A DNA stretch of 64,000 nucleotides from Parcubacteria group bacterium GW2011_GWA2_48_9 (GTDB taxonomy: Bacteria; Patescibacteriota; Patescibacteriia; UBA10025). The position numbers and the translations under genes are program-made. Below the pieces are notes generated by a model that made no database searches, had not been told where the DNA came from, and saw only the letters and a program-made list of their open reading frames with translations. The stretch's first letter is position 1. Each line of letters starts with the position of its first letter. The stretch lies in assembly GCA_001003705.1 (NCBI GenBank), contig LCPQ01000019.1, forward strand, positions 3,268-67,267, given 5' to 3'. Shown in pieces: positions 54,130 through 64,000 of this stretch.

Positions 54130-56424
54130 ATGTCTCCATTCATCAAGTACATTTTAAAAGTGATTCCGAAAAGCGTCGATGAGGGCATGCGGGCGTTATT
54201 AGCCGCCGCAGTTTTTTTGGTTCCCGCAAGTTTTTACCCCGCGCTTCCCGATCCATATGGCCTCCCGAAAGTATTCTTCTTTTCTTCATTCGTACTGATT
54301 GCGTTCACTCTGTGGTGTTGGGGCCGCATGCGCGGGAAAACGGCGCAAACTCGCTGGACATCTTTACTCACTTCAGTTGTTGTTTTTACAACGATGGGAA
54401 TCATCAGCTCTGTATTTTCAATCGGACCGCTGAGAAGTTTTATTGGTACTGCCGGTGGGCATGCCATGGTTCTTCCCGCTATGATTTCCGGTGCATTATT
54501 TGTCTTTCTTTTTACACAGGTCGTTACCGACTTAAAACAACGTTTATGTGTCATTGACAGTTTCCTCGCAGGATCTGGCCTAGTTGCGGTTATCAGCCTG
54601 CTGCAAATCAGCGGAGTGAATCTTTTTCCTTGGGAAGGCGCTCATACCTACTGGTTTCAGCCGCTTTCATCATCTCCCCGCTCAGTCGCGCTTTTTTTTA
54701 GCGGCACGTCGCTCCTCTGTCTCTATCGATTCATGTGTTCATCAGATCGTCGAAGCCGTATCTTTTCAGCAGCTTGCCTTCTCCTCTCAATCGTCTTACT
54801 AATCGTATACGACATATCTGATGGATGGATTGTTTTGTTAGTCGGACTGACTGTTTTTATAATGTTATCTGCGTTACAATCGTCACTGTTTTATCGACAG
54901 CGGGAGATGAGAATATTTTTTGCGGTCTTTCTTATTTCACTTATTGCTCTAGTGATACCGATCACTTCCTGGACGCAACGCATACCTCCACAGGAATTGA
55001 CCATGGATACAGCCACTTCATGGCAATTTGCTTCCGAGACTCTCGCTGTCCGCCCGCTTTTTGGAACGGGTCCCGAGACATTTACTGACGTTTTCAGCAG
55101 ATTTCGACCTGGTGAGTTTAATGAAAGTGTTCTTTGGCAGGCGAGTTTTGCGCATTCTCAGAGTCTGTGGTTGGAGATGCTTATCACATTAGGGGTGACA
55201 GGATTAGCCGCATTCCTGACACTTATCGGATTCCACGCTGTAAAAATAACACGTTTCGTTCTCCAGAGTACGGATTCGAATAAAGAAAAAATTGACGTAC
55301 TTCTCTTTGCTGGCTGGATAGCGTTGACATTTACGGCTTGTATAGCCGTATGGGAGATCTCACTATGGGTGTTGTGGTGGTTACTGTTGGCACTTATGAC
55401 GCCTGAAATTTCGCACCCTCAAACATTTATGCGCAGAATACAATCGTTTTTTTCACATCATGAGCGTCCCATTATGGGTTTTATTACCGCATTTGCCGTT
55501 TTGTGCTCTCTTATTATTGTTGTTCAGGGAGTCCGTGTGTGGAATGGGAGTCGCTTGCGAGTGATTACTATAGAAAAGTCCCTCGATGGCTCGACAACAC
55601 CCGCAGAGATTCGCGCGCTCGCGGAACGAAGTGTACGTTGGGATTCGTTTACCTCCGAACCGGAGCTTATCCTTGCTGGCGCATATGCCCTCGAAGCCCT
55701 CACAGCAGCGGCTAATGGTACGAATGTGGATTTAGCAGCTGTGAAGGCATCAGGTGATGCGATCATCGAACATATTGGGCGCGCTATTGAAAAAGATCCC
55801 CATAATGCACGCGTCTACCAGTCCTCCGCTGAAGTCTATCAACTGCTCATTCCCATCATTCCGGATAGCGAACTCAAAGTAGCCAGACTCTATGAACAGT
55901 CAACGCAGTACAATACTCGCAATCCCCTCGTGTACCTTGCAATTGGACAGTCATATCTCGCGTATGCCCAGAATGCTGAAGGGACCGACGTCGGAGAAGT
56001 GCTCACCAATGCTAAGCAGGCTCTCATAAAGTCGCTTGCGCTCAAAGCTGACTTACTTGAAGCACTTATCTCTATTGCACTGGTGGATGAAGTACAGGGA
56101 AATACTGATACCGCCGTTTCGTCACTGGCGACACTCCACGAACGTTACCCAAACGTAACACAAATTACCCTGACACTCGCAGGAGTGTACGAACGTCAAG
56201 ACAAACGAGATGAGGCGGTTACGCTTCTCGCGGAGGCATCGTCGCAAGCTCAACAGAATCTGGAAGCGCATCTCGGCATTGCGAGTGTGTATGAACAGCT
56301 CCAGATGTCTGCAGAAGCACTTGCAGAATATCGGGTGGTGCTGACAATAGATCCGGCTAACACGTTCGCTCAGCAAAAAGCAGCGGAGCTTTCCGATAGT
56401 GTACCTGGCACACCCAGTGAGTAG
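54130..56424 (+). CDS. polytopic membrane protein with O-antigen-ligase/polymerase-like core and C-terminal TPR repeats
   Basis: About 12 TM helices with a Wzy_C-like periplasmic loop, then about 300 aa of TPR-like helical repeats. Confidence 0.5.
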   Translation: MSPFIKYILKVIPKSVDEGMRALLAAAVFLVPASFYPALPDPYGLPKVFFFSSFVLIAFTLWCWGRMRGKTAQTRWTSLLTSVVVFTTMGIISSVFSIGPLRSFIGTAGGHAMVLPAMISGALFVFLFTQVVTDLKQRLCVIDSFLAGSGLVAVISLLQISGVNLFPWEGAHTYWFQPLSSSPRSVALFFSGTSLLCLYRFMCSSDRRSRIFSAACLLLSIVLLIVYDISDGWIVLLVGLTVFIMLSALQSSLFYRQREMRIFFAVFLISLIALVIPITSWTQRIPPQELTMDTATSWQFASETLAVRPLFGTGPETFTDVFSRFRPGEFNESVLWQASFAHSQSLWLEMLITLGVTGLAAFLTLIGFHAVKITRFVLQSTDSNKEKIDVLLFAGWIALTFTACIAVWEISLWVLWWLLLALMTPEISHPQTFMRRIQSFFSHHERPIMGFITAFAVLCSLIIVVQGVRVWNGSRLRVITIEKSLDGSTTPAEIRALAERSVRWDSFTSEPELILAGAYALEALTAAANGTNVDLAAVKASGDAIIEHIGRAIEKDPHNARVYQSSAEVYQLLIPIIPDSELKVARLYEQSTQYNTRNPLVYLAIGQSYLAYAQNAEGTDVGEVLTNAKQALIKSLALKADLLEALISIALVDEVQGNTDTAVSSLATLHERYPNVTQITLTLAGVYERQDKRDEAVTLLAEASSQAQQNLEAHLGIASVYEQLQMSAEALAEYRVVLTIDPANTFAQQKAAELSDSVPGTPSE

Positions 56425-56443
56425 GGACTGCCTTATTCACCAC

Positions 56444-57883
56444 TTACTGTTGCTTTCGTAACCAGCCATTGATAGCACTTCGCGCTTTTTCGGTCTGTAC
56501 GAACGGCAGCCAGTCACGTGCCGGTCCTTTTCGGTGTTTATCTTCGATAATTTCTACAATATCGCCATTTTGCAGCGAAGCCGTTAGTTTAGATATTTTC
56601 TCATTGATTTTTGCCTGGCTCGCGTGATTGCCTAAATCTGTGTGAATTTCATAGGCGAAGTCCAGTGCTGTTGCGTTTTCAGGAAGATCGATGACGTCAC
56701 CGCCAGGAGTGAAAATAAAGATTCGGTTACGGAAAACATCTATCCTTAAACCTTGAATGTATTTGTCGTTGTCTTGCATGCTCTTTTGCCACTGAATCAA
56801 ATCATGTATCCACTCAAGCCGTTTTTTCACCGGTGTACCTTTTTTTGGCTTTCCCGTCTCGACATAATGCCAGTGTGCGGCAATACCGTATTCAGCTGCA
56901 TGGTGCATCTCTGAATCGCGAATCTGGATTTCCACTATCTTATTGTCGAGTCCAAAAATATCGGTATGCAGGGAACGGTATCCATTTGGTTTCGGCTGGG
57001 CGATATAGTCCTTGATTCTACCTTTAATGGGGGTGAATTCTCCATGAATTGCCCCGAGCGCCATGTAGCATGAGGCCACGTCGGGAACGACGATCCGGAC
57101 AGCCACTAGATCATGAATTCGGGAAAGGTCATGGTCGTACTTCTGAAGTTTTTTATAAAGACTGTAGAGTTTCTTTGCTCGGCCGTGGATGTCGACGACA
57201 GTGATGCCCGCATCATTAAGAAGTTTTTTAAGATAGGGGATGATTTTCTTAACATATTTTTGCTGTTGCTCGTATGTTTCCGAAACCGTTTCCTTGAGTC
57301 GCTGGTAGTCCTTTTCAAATGCAATGGGAAAAGCAAGGTCTTCCAACTGTCCACGCACTTCACCCATTCCGAGGCGATTAGCAATTGAAGCGTAAATTTC
57401 CAGAGTTTCGCGTGCAATCCGAGTGCGCTTCTCCTTGTTAAATACACTAACCGTTTTGATATTATCCAGGCGGTCGGCGAGTTTAATCATAATCACGCGG
57501 ACATCCGATGACATAGCTATAAAAAGTTTACGGAGAGACTCGGCGTACCGTTCGCGACCCTGGTATACGAGCCTGCCGAGTTTGGTCACACCCTCGACAA
57601 GGAATGTCACGTTTTTACCAAATTCTTTGCGGATATCCTCCGCTTGAAAGTCCGAATCTTCTATGACATCGTGGAGTATGCCCGCAATGATCGTTTCCGA
57701 ATCAAGTTTCCAGTCTGCTAAAATAAGCGCTATCCGCAGCGGATGCTCAACATACTCTTCCCCGGTCAAACGACGATGGCCGCTATGCGCCTTTTCAGCG
57801 AACGCGACAGCTTTCTCGATGTCCGGCATGCGGTCTCGCGGAATAGCCTGCTCGATTTGACGGAAGAATTCGATACGATCCAT
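56444..57883 (-). CDS. RelA/SpoT-family (p)ppGpp synthetase/hydrolase
   Basis: HD hydrolase domain (HSGHRRLTGEEYVEHPLRIA...LHDVIEDS) plus synthetase domain (RAKKLYSLYKK..., DLVAVRIVV, YRSLHT) and a TGS-like C-terminus. Confidence 0.85.
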   Translation of the reverse strand: MDRIEFFRQIEQAIPRDRMPDIEKAVAFAEKAHSGHRRLTGEEYVEHPLRIALILADWKLDSETIIAGILHDVIEDSDFQAEDIRKEFGKNVTFLVEGVTKLGRLVYQGRERYAESLRKLFIAMSSDVRVIMIKLADRLDNIKTVSVFNKEKRTRIARETLEIYASIANRLGMGEVRGQLEDLAFPIAFEKDYQRLKETVSETYEQQQKYVKKIIPYLKKLLNDAGITVVDIHGRAKKLYSLYKKLQKYDHDLSRIHDLVAVRIVVPDVASCYMALGAIHGEFTPIKGRIKDYIAQPKPNGYRSLHTDIFGLDNKIVEIQIRDSEMHHAAEYGIAAHWHYVETGKPKKGTPVKKRLEWIHDLIQWQKSMQDNDKYIQGLRIDVFRNRIFIFTPGGDVIDLPENATALDFAYEIHTDLGNHASQAKINEKISKLTASLQNGDIVEIIEDKHRKGPARDWLPFVQTEKARSAINGWLRKQQ

Positions 57884-57996
57884 AGTGCCCCCTATTGTAC
57901 CCCAGAATATACCAAGAGTTCAATTATTGATTTTTTCCCTTTTTTACCGTATGCTGAGAAGGAGAATGAGTTTTCGCGTATTTAGTATCATCATCT

Positions 57997-58941
57997 ATGT
58001 CGCATGAAAAACATTTCGACCTCGTCATAGTCGGGGGAGGAGCTGCGGGGTTATCAGCTGGCATGTATGCCGGTCGTTATTTACTCAAAGTCGCCGTTAT
58101 TAGAGGAAAAGAGCCGGGAGGTGAAACGGCCACCGCTTCGATTATTGAAAATTGGCCGGGTACCATCGCTATCGACGGTTTCGACCTGATCCAGAACATG
58201 GAAGCGCATGCAAAGGAATCAGGTGCTGAACTTTTTAACGGGGAAGTAGCGAAAATCGAGAAAAGAAAAGATTGTTTCTACTCTACGGTCGGAGACGACA
58301 TATTTGTGTCGAAGGCGGTCATTCTCGGAGTAGGATCGGCTCGTAAGAAGTTAGGATTGCCGAACGAGGATCATCTCCGCGGCAAAGGGATTTCATACTG
58401 TTCGACCTGTGATGCGCCTCTCTATAAGGGTAAGACCATTGCAATCGTCGGCGGCGGCGATTCGTCAGCTAAGGGAGCGAATCTTGCGGCACGATTTGCG
58501 AAAAAGGTTTACTTACTTATTCGTGGTGATAAGCTGGTCGGAGAGCCGATGAATCTCGATCAGTTAAAAAATAAGGATAACGTTGAAGTTGTTTATCATA
58601 CTGCAGTGCAGGAAATCATTGGCGATGCGAAACTTGAAAAGGTGGTTTTATCGAAACCGTTAAACGGATCCGTTGAGCTTCCATTAGAAGGCATGTTTGT
58701 CGAAATTGGCGCTACACCGCGGACGGAACTGTCAAAGATGCTGGGATTGCATCTGGATGAAAAGGGGTACATCCACGTCAATCAATTTATGCACACGAAT
58801 ATCCCAGGCGTGTATGCGGCGGGTGATATTACTGACGGGGCGGGGGATTTTCGCCAAGATATTACAGCAGCGGCGCAGGGGTCAATGGCGGCGACGTCGG
58901 CGTATAAGTATATCGGAGCGCATAAGGATATTATTTGCTAA
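57997..58941 (+). CDS. trxB: thioredoxin-disulfide reductase
   Basis: FAD motif VIVGGGAAG, redox-active CSTCD, NADPH motif IVGGGDSS. Confidence 0.85.
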   Translation: MSHEKHFDLVIVGGGAAGLSAGMYAGRYLLKVAVIRGKEPGGETATASIIENWPGTIAIDGFDLIQNMEAHAKESGAELFNGEVAKIEKRKDCFYSTVGDDIFVSKAVILGVGSARKKLGLPNEDHLRGKGISYCSTCDAPLYKGKTIAIVGGGDSSAKGANLAARFAKKVYLLIRGDKLVGEPMNLDQLKNKDNVEVVYHTAVQEIIGDAKLEKVVLSKPLNGSVELPLEGMFVEIGATPRTELSKMLGLHLDEKGYIHVNQFMHTNIPGVYAAGDITDGAGDFRQDITAAAQGSMAATSAYKYIGAHKDIIC

Positions 58942-59001
58942 TTAGCAGGTTTGTCCCTCGGCAAGCTCGGAGCGTTTTCTTGTAGACATTCAATTTTATT
59001 A

Positions 59002-59030
59002 TTGACAGTAACTGTTACGAGTGATAGATT
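59002..59030 (+). promoter_or_regulatory. sigma70-like promoter (TTGACA-17-TAGATT)
   Basis: Consensus -35 hexamer, 17-nt spacer, upstream of the secreted-protein gene at 59216. Confidence 0.3.
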
Positions 59031-59215
59031 CATAGTATTAATTTGTACATTGATTTATCACGTACGAGCCAACTTCACAATTCTGGCCGTTAGAATTCAT
59101 TGAAACGGCGAGAAAGTCACTTATGAGGTGGCAAAGGAGGGAACAAGCCCAAAGTGACCCGCAAAGAGTCGTGAATTCGTGTAGTTGAACCAATCACATT
59201 CGGAGGGTAAAACAG

Positions 59216-59782
59216 ATGAGCAAGAAGCCCATCTCCACGCTGCTGGCGATCGCAGTCTTGTTGGTCGCCACTGGTATGTACTTCGCTGTTTCCCCGGTTC
59301 TGGCAACGAACAATCCCGCGGTCACCACACAGACGACCACAGCCATCATCCCGATGCAGGCCATGAAGAACGTGGGGACTCCGGCGAGTACGACGTGCAA
59401 TGGCGAACTGTGCTGTTTGGTGATCAAGAAGGTGACCGAGAGCACAGTGGATTCCGCGATGACGACGACTACATGCTACGCAAACACGGCCAACGCGATG
59501 ACGAATGGTCCGAATTACGTGGCGACTACGATGAATACCGAGAAGATGTTTACGTCAAACGACGCGACCTATGGAACAAATACGGCCGAGAACCCCTGGA
59601 TGCGGAGCATGACGAGCGTGGCAGGTCTCGACGCCGGCAATGGATGCTGCCCGATGCCGTATAGTGGACAGAATGCGACCGTCAATTCCGGCCAGGTGTC
59701 GACATCGACGTGTTGTCCGTGGGCAGTCGTGGAGTATACCGCCTATCCCAATCCGTTCATCACGGGTTCGTACGTCACCTAG
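59216..59782 (+). CDS. secreted Thr/Asn-rich protein with paired cysteines
   Basis: GGAGGG SD 8 nt upstream, signal peptide (…VSPVLA/TN), low-complexity T/N/A-rich mature region with CC and C..C pairs. Confidence 0.55.
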   Translation: MSKKPISTLLAIAVLLVATGMYFAVSPVLATNNPAVTTQTTTAIIPMQAMKNVGTPASTTCNGELCCLVIKKVTESTVDSAMTTTTCYANTANAMTNGPNYVATTMNTEKMFTSNDATYGTNTAENPWMRSMTSVAGLDAGNGCCPMPYSGQNATVNSGQVSTSTCCPWAVVEYTAYPNPFITGSYVT

Positions 59783-59835
59783 CGCACACCCGCGCTAACC
59801 TCTCATCCCGCACTTTCATCTTGGAGCAATATTTT

Positions 59836-59868
59836 CCCCGCACGCATCCGCGCGCGGGGATTTTCCTT
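59836..59868 (+). terminator. rho-independent terminator (CCCCGCaCGC-atcc-GCGCGCGGGG + T-tract)
   Basis: 10-bp GC stem with one mismatch, followed by ATTTTCCTTT. Confidence 0.55.
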
Positions 59869-60120
59869 TATAGGGATTGACAAAAAAAGCAAGATATAAT
59901 AGCATGATTCGAGTCACGTTCTTTGAACTTACATTAGCTGCTGTCATCATTTTGACGTCACCGGTCCTGACCGTCTGATGTCCGATCCCGCTGTAGCGCA
60001 TTAATTGGCCGCAGTCACCTGCGCGTGAGGGTCACTTTCATTGGCTCAATCGCGTTCACCCTGTGGCTCTACCCGCCCGTTGTTTTTTCCAAGAAATAGG
60101 GTAGGCCACAAAAAGCCCTC

Positions 60121-60171
60121 GGTTCGCGTTTTGTTCTTTGCGGACCGAGGGTGCTTTTTTATATCCAGCGA
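60121..60171. terminator. bidirectional terminator (A5-GCCCTCGG...CCGAGGGTGC-T6) immediately downstream of topA
   Basis: Hairpin flanked by an A-run and a T-run, adjacent to the topA stop at 60173. Confidence 0.55.
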
Positions 60172-60172
60172 A

Positions 60173-62398
60173 TTAGGCATCAACGGTTTTCTCAAACTTA
60201 CATTCTTTACTGGAACACCTTACCTTGCCTTTTGCCGCATACACGAGCAGATCTCCTGATTCCGGACATTTTTCCCCTGTGGGTTTAGACCAGAGAGCGA
60301 ACTTGCACTCCGGATAACGATTACATGAGTAGAATATCCGGCCGCGGCGGCTGCGTTTTTCTACAATGTCGCCCTTATTGCACTGCGGGCAGGTAACGCC
60401 CGTTTTCTTTTCGATATTTTTTATGAATTTGCATTCCGGGTATCCAGTGCATCCGAAAAACTCTCCAAAGCGTCCGCGTTTCACCGCCAGCGGCTTGCCG
60501 CACGTTGGGCACTTTTCATCTGTTACCTTGGGCTGCTGTGGTGTACCGTCGTCACCAAGCGGTTTCGTATTCTTGCATTCCGGGTAGCCAGTGCAGGCCA
60601 AAAACTTTCCGAAACGGCCCATCTTGATTATCATTGGACGGCCGCATTTCTCACATATATGTTCAGTCGCTTCCTCAGTTAGTTCTTTTTTGGTCAGAGT
60701 TTTATCCTTGTGCATCAGATTTTCCTTAAATGGCCCGTAGAATTCTTTAATCACCGGCACCCATTCCTTTTGGCCCTGGGCAACCTCATCGAGATCGTCT
60801 TCCATGTGCGCAGTAAATTTGAAATCAACAATAGTCGGAAAATGTTCTACGAGGAGGTCATTCACTAACATGCCGATATCGGAGGGTTTCAGGCGTTTTT
60901 CATCCCTCATGACGTATCCGCGGTCCAAGATGGTGCTGATGATCGACGCATACGTAGAAGGACGGCCAATGTCGTCTTCCTCAAGTGCCTTCACGAGGCC
61001 CGCTTCAGAATATCGCGCGGGCGGCTCGGTAAAATGTTGTACTGGTTTAATTTCTTTTGCTGTCACCGAGTCGTGTTCCTTTACATCAGGTAGCTGATTT
61101 TCTTTCACACTATCGGGGTACACTTTTAAGAACCCGTCGAAAGTGACTATCGATCCCGTCGCGCGGAATGTATGCGCATCGTTGTCCGTATTGATATCGA
61201 TAGTTGTCGAATCCATTATTGCCTGTGGCATCTGTGACGCGACAGCGCGGTTCCAAATAAGCATGTAGAGTTTAAATTGGTCCGGTGCCAAGTATTGTTG
61301 CACTGCCGCCATATCATTCACCACTTCTGTGGGGCGAATAGCCTCATGGGCTTCCTGGGCCAGGCGGGATTTTGCCTTGTACATTCTGGGTTCCGGCAGG
61401 ACATAATTGTTGCCGAACGTTTTCTCTAAATATCCGCGGGCTTCCGTAAGAAATTTATTCGAAAGATTAAGCGAATCAGTACGCATGTATGTAATGAGGC
61501 CAAGTGATCCCTGGCTACCTAGCTCGACGCCCTCATAGAGCTGCTGTGCAAGCCGCATGGTCTTTTTTGCTGAGTATCCAAGCTTACGGTTCGCTTCTTG
61601 TTGGAGCGTCGACGTGGTAAACGGCGGCAGGGGGGATCGCTTGACCTCTCGCCTGGTTACGGACGCTACGCGGTATTTCGCGCCCTCGAGTGCTGAAAGA
61701 ATCTCGTGCGCCTGCTTTTCGTTCTCGATGGCAAGTTTATCGATTTTTTCACCGTTTCGTGAAAATAATTTTGTAGATATCGCTGGTGACACACCCTCTT
61801 TTTCAAATACAGCTTCGATAGTCCAGAATTCTTGCGCTTTAAATGCCTGGATTTCTCTTTCACGTTCGACGATAAGCCTGACCGCAACTGATTGAACGCG
61901 ACCAGCTGAAAGACCTCGAGCGACTTTTCTCCACAAAAAAGGTGACAACTCATATCCGACGAGCCGATCCAGAACCCTTCGGGCCTGCTGGGCGTTTACG
62001 AGATGCGGATCTATGTTGCGGGGAGTCTTTAGCGCTTCTTCGATGGCCTCTTTTGTGATCTCATGGAATACAATTCGTTTAATCTTGCTCTTCTCGGGCT
62101 GTATGATTTCTGTGAGATGCCAAGCTATAGCCTCTCCTTCGCGGTCTTCGTCAGTAGCGAAGTAGATTATTTCCGCATCCTTGGCTAATTTCTTAAGCTT
62201 TATGATGGTTTTTTGGCTGTCTTTCGGAACTACATAAGTGGGTGCGAAATCCTTCTTGATGTCGACACCCATTTTACTTTTCGGCAGGTCGCGAATGTGC
62301 CCGTAGGAAGACTCGATGTGGTAATGTTTGGAGCCCAAAAATCTGCCAATCGTTTTGGCTTTTGTAGGGGATTCGACTATGACGAGATTTTTTCCCAT
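60173..62398 (-). CDS. topA: DNA topoisomerase I with C-terminal zinc-ribbon repeats
   Basis: TOPRIM N-terminus (LVIVESPTKAKTI), active-site Tyr region, three or four C4 zinc ribbons (CEKCGRPM...CTGYPEC). Confidence 0.9.
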   Translation of the reverse strand: MGKNLVIVESPTKAKTIGRFLGSKHYHIESSYGHIRDLPKSKMGVDIKKDFAPTYVVPKDSQKTIIKLKKLAKDAEIIYFATDEDREGEAIAWHLTEIIQPEKSKIKRIVFHEITKEAIEEALKTPRNIDPHLVNAQQARRVLDRLVGYELSPFLWRKVARGLSAGRVQSVAVRLIVEREREIQAFKAQEFWTIEAVFEKEGVSPAISTKLFSRNGEKIDKLAIENEKQAHEILSALEGAKYRVASVTRREVKRSPLPPFTTSTLQQEANRKLGYSAKKTMRLAQQLYEGVELGSQGSLGLITYMRTDSLNLSNKFLTEARGYLEKTFGNNYVLPEPRMYKAKSRLAQEAHEAIRPTEVVNDMAAVQQYLAPDQFKLYMLIWNRAVASQMPQAIMDSTTIDINTDNDAHTFRATGSIVTFDGFLKVYPDSVKENQLPDVKEHDSVTAKEIKPVQHFTEPPARYSEAGLVKALEEDDIGRPSTYASIISTILDRGYVMRDEKRLKPSDIGMLVNDLLVEHFPTIVDFKFTAHMEDDLDEVAQGQKEWVPVIKEFYGPFKENLMHKDKTLTKKELTEEATEHICEKCGRPMIIKMGRFGKFLACTGYPECKNTKPLGDDGTPQQPKVTDEKCPTCGKPLAVKRGRFGEFFGCTGYPECKFIKNIEKKTGVTCPQCNKGDIVEKRSRRGRIFYSCNRYPECKFALWSKPTGEKCPESGDLLVYAAKGKVRCSSKECKFEKTVDA

Positions 62399-62404
62399 GA
62401 AAGT

Positions 62405-63664
62405 TTAGATAATACGAATATACTTCATTCCGCCAAGCTGTTTGACGAGCCCGCGCATTTCCATCATGGAAAGCGTTGAATTCACAATACTGACTTGCAG
62501 TTTACTCATCTTCACGATTTCGTCAATGTGTTTCGGTTCGCGTTCGAGTACAGAGAGCAACGCTTTTTCATTGTCAGTCAGTTGTGTATGTTGTTGATTG
62601 TTATCGAACGTCGCTGGCTTGTCAACCCCCGTATGCCTCTCTTTAAAATGTTCGAGATACAATGCATCGAGAATATCGTCAACGCATGTTATAGGTCGAG
62701 CTCCCGCTTTTAGAAGGTCATTCGTACCGGTCGAAGCTGTTCTCAGGATATCTCCCGGCACTGCCATCACTTCACGGTTATAGTCAAGTCCGAGGCGCGC
62801 AGTAATGAGCGACCCCGAGTCCTTGTTTCCTTCGACTACCACAATACCGAGTGAAAGGCCGGCAATAATGCGATTTCTGACGGGGAAATGAAACTTTTGT
62901 GCCTGGACGCCCAGCGCGAATTCAGATATGAGACAACCACCCGTTTCCACGATGCGGCGTGCAAGCTGAGCGTTAGCTACGGGATACACGTGATCAAGGC
63001 CCGATCCGAGGACAGCTGTCGTATGGCCCAATGCGTCCACAGCACTTTCATGAGCAGTAGCGTCGATTCCAAGCGCCAGACCTGAGATGATACTGATACC
63101 GCGTATTGCAAGTTCATGACTCATGCGCCTCGCTACTTCACGGCCATAGTCAGTCGCTTTTCGCGTACCAACTATGGCAACAGTAGGGCGGATACCCGGC
63201 AAGTTGCCTCGACAGTACAGAAGTTGGGGTGAGTCAGGTATTTCACGGAGAAGATGGGGGTACGCGGGATCGTCAATAGCAATAGGGTTAATGCCCGCTT
63301 GTCTCACTTTTTCTAGTTCTTCGGATGGAACCAAGTGTTTGGTCGCATCAGCGAGTAGCATCGCTGATTTTTCTGGTACTCCCGCTCTTTGATATTCCCT
63401 GGCTGGAGCGTTCCACGCTTCTTCGAACGTTTTAAAAAATGAACGAAGCCGAACGATAGTGGCCGCTCCGATAGATGGGATGGTTGAAAATGCTATCAGA
63501 TAGGGAAGATCAGTAGTTGACATAGGGGATAGTGTGACAGTATGGTAGTCTTGAGAAACAAATATTGGTACCTCAAACACAAGGGGGCGTCGATGGGATT
63601 CATACTCCCTAAAGACGAGCTTGTCCAACAAATACTTCTCACCGCTATTCGTCGTACCCCGCAC
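62405..63664 (-). CDS. dprA: DNA processing protein DprA (Smf)
   Basis: Rossmann-like DprA core (IVGTRKATDYG...ISGLALGIDATAHESAV...VLGSGLDHVYP) plus C-terminal winged-helix. True start probably MSTTDLP at 63523. Confidence 0.8.
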   Translation of the reverse strand: MRGTTNSGEKYLLDKLVFREYESHRRPLVFEVPIFVSQDYHTVTLSPMSTTDLPYLIAFSTIPSIGAATIVRLRSFFKTFEEAWNAPAREYQRAGVPEKSAMLLADATKHLVPSEELEKVRQAGINPIAIDDPAYPHLLREIPDSPQLLYCRGNLPGIRPTVAIVGTRKATDYGREVARRMSHELAIRGISIISGLALGIDATAHESAVDALGHTTAVLGSGLDHVYPVANAQLARRIVETGGCLISEFALGVQAQKFHFPVRNRIIAGLSLGIVVVEGNKDSGSLITARLGLDYNREVMAVPGDILRTASTGTNDLLKAGARPITCVDDILDALYLEHFKERHTGVDKPATFDNNQQHTQLTDNEKALLSVLEREPKHIDEIVKMSKLQVSIVNSTLSMMEMRGLVKQLGGMKYIRII

Positions 63665-63848
63665 GTCAAGCTGACGAAAACGGGTGTATCACTCGTTCCA
63701 CATGGAGTTTTATGGGGACGCTGGCTGTCGTGCCTGGCTAACACGCACGAGGGACGCGCGGATGAATTTTTGCGCTGGCTCGCAGTAGAAATACCGCGGC
63801 TTCGAGAAGAACACAAACAAGCTCGCAAACGGAAAAGTTGCTCGTAAC

Positions 63849-64000
63849 TTATGTGCGGGCAGCTTTTTTCTCATGTACAGCTGTCGTTTGGCGCTCGAGC
63901 TGCCACAGCCGTATTTCTTCTTTGAGTACTTGTAACCATGCGTCACCAAGCGTTTCGAGGTCTATCTTTATCTGATTTTGGGTAAACTGCCAGTGAGAAT
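63849..64000 (-). CDS. C-terminal fragment of a hypothetical protein; gene continues beyond the window end
   Basis: Open minus-strand frame running from the window edge to a TAA at 63849-63851 (...LGDAWLQVLKEEIRLWQLERQTTAVHEKKAART*). Confidence 0.3.
   Translation of the reverse strand, partial: SHWQFTQNQIKIDLETLGDAWLQVLKEEIRLWQLERQTTAVHEKKAART

Noticed and set aside
59185-59664. 159-aa plus-strand ORF rich in D/E/R/H
   Set aside because: It overlaps 59216-59782 in another frame. That ORF has a GGAGGG SD and a clean signal peptide, so it is taken as the real gene.
1-64000. Alternative genetic code (TGA recoding, as in some CPR lineages)
   Set aside because: Conserved housekeeping genes (typA, topA, sufB, ispH and others) read full length with standard stops and none needs in-frame TGA read-through; the disrupted genes above (sod, DsbA paralog, giant A2M-like gene) need frame changes that no recoding would supply.
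1-64000. CRISPR arrays, rRNA genes, transposases or integrases
   Set aside because: No regularly spaced direct repeats with unique spacers, no rRNA-like segments, and no ORF with DDE or tyrosine-recombinase motifs. The only repeat array is the tRNA-end repeat set at 50818-51150.

Overview
Densely coding 64 kb window, about 50% GC, genes on both strands, standard genetic code (the pseudogene calls are frame-disrupted ORFs, not TGA recoding). Likely a small-genome bacterium, possibly of the Candidate Phyla Radiation (archaeal-type AMP phosphorylase, sortase, many short exported or membrane proteins); this lineage guess is an inference. Recognisable housekeeping genes: typA, greA, hup, ispH, nth, corA, a fur-family regulator, a Bcp-type peroxiredoxin, sufC-sufB-sufD-sufS-sufU, two DsbA-like proteins, lgt, parA-parB, a RelA/SpoT protein, trxB, topA, dprA, two ABC transporter systems and two minus-strand tRNAs (tRNA-Leu-CAA and a tRNA-Met-like gene). 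The most unusual locus is 12352-19829: an ECF sigma factor whose stop overlaps the start of a giant protein (about 1775 aa, currently split by a frame break). That protein has a cytoplasmic anti-sigma-like N-terminus, one TM helix, a bacterial Ig-like domain and an alpha-2-macroglobulin-like body whose bait-region position holds a 129-aa Hint (intein-like) domain. The Hint domain's catalytic Cys is the only cysteine in the whole protein. A TM-anchored MEMO-like protein and a small secreted protein follow. Other anomalies: a sortase homologue with Ser where the catalytic Cys should be; an array of tRNA-3'-end-like direct repeats beside a tRNA-Met gene whose acceptor stem does not pair; a superoxide dismutase pseudogene (internal deletion plus frameshift); a 3'-truncated RND transporter gene; a likely frameshifted DsbA paralog; an unannotated 58-aa membrane ORF with a strong SD; and a putative Fur/PerR box upstream of the fur-ferredoxin-bcp-suf cluster. 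No CRISPR array, rRNA or intact transposase/integrase was found.
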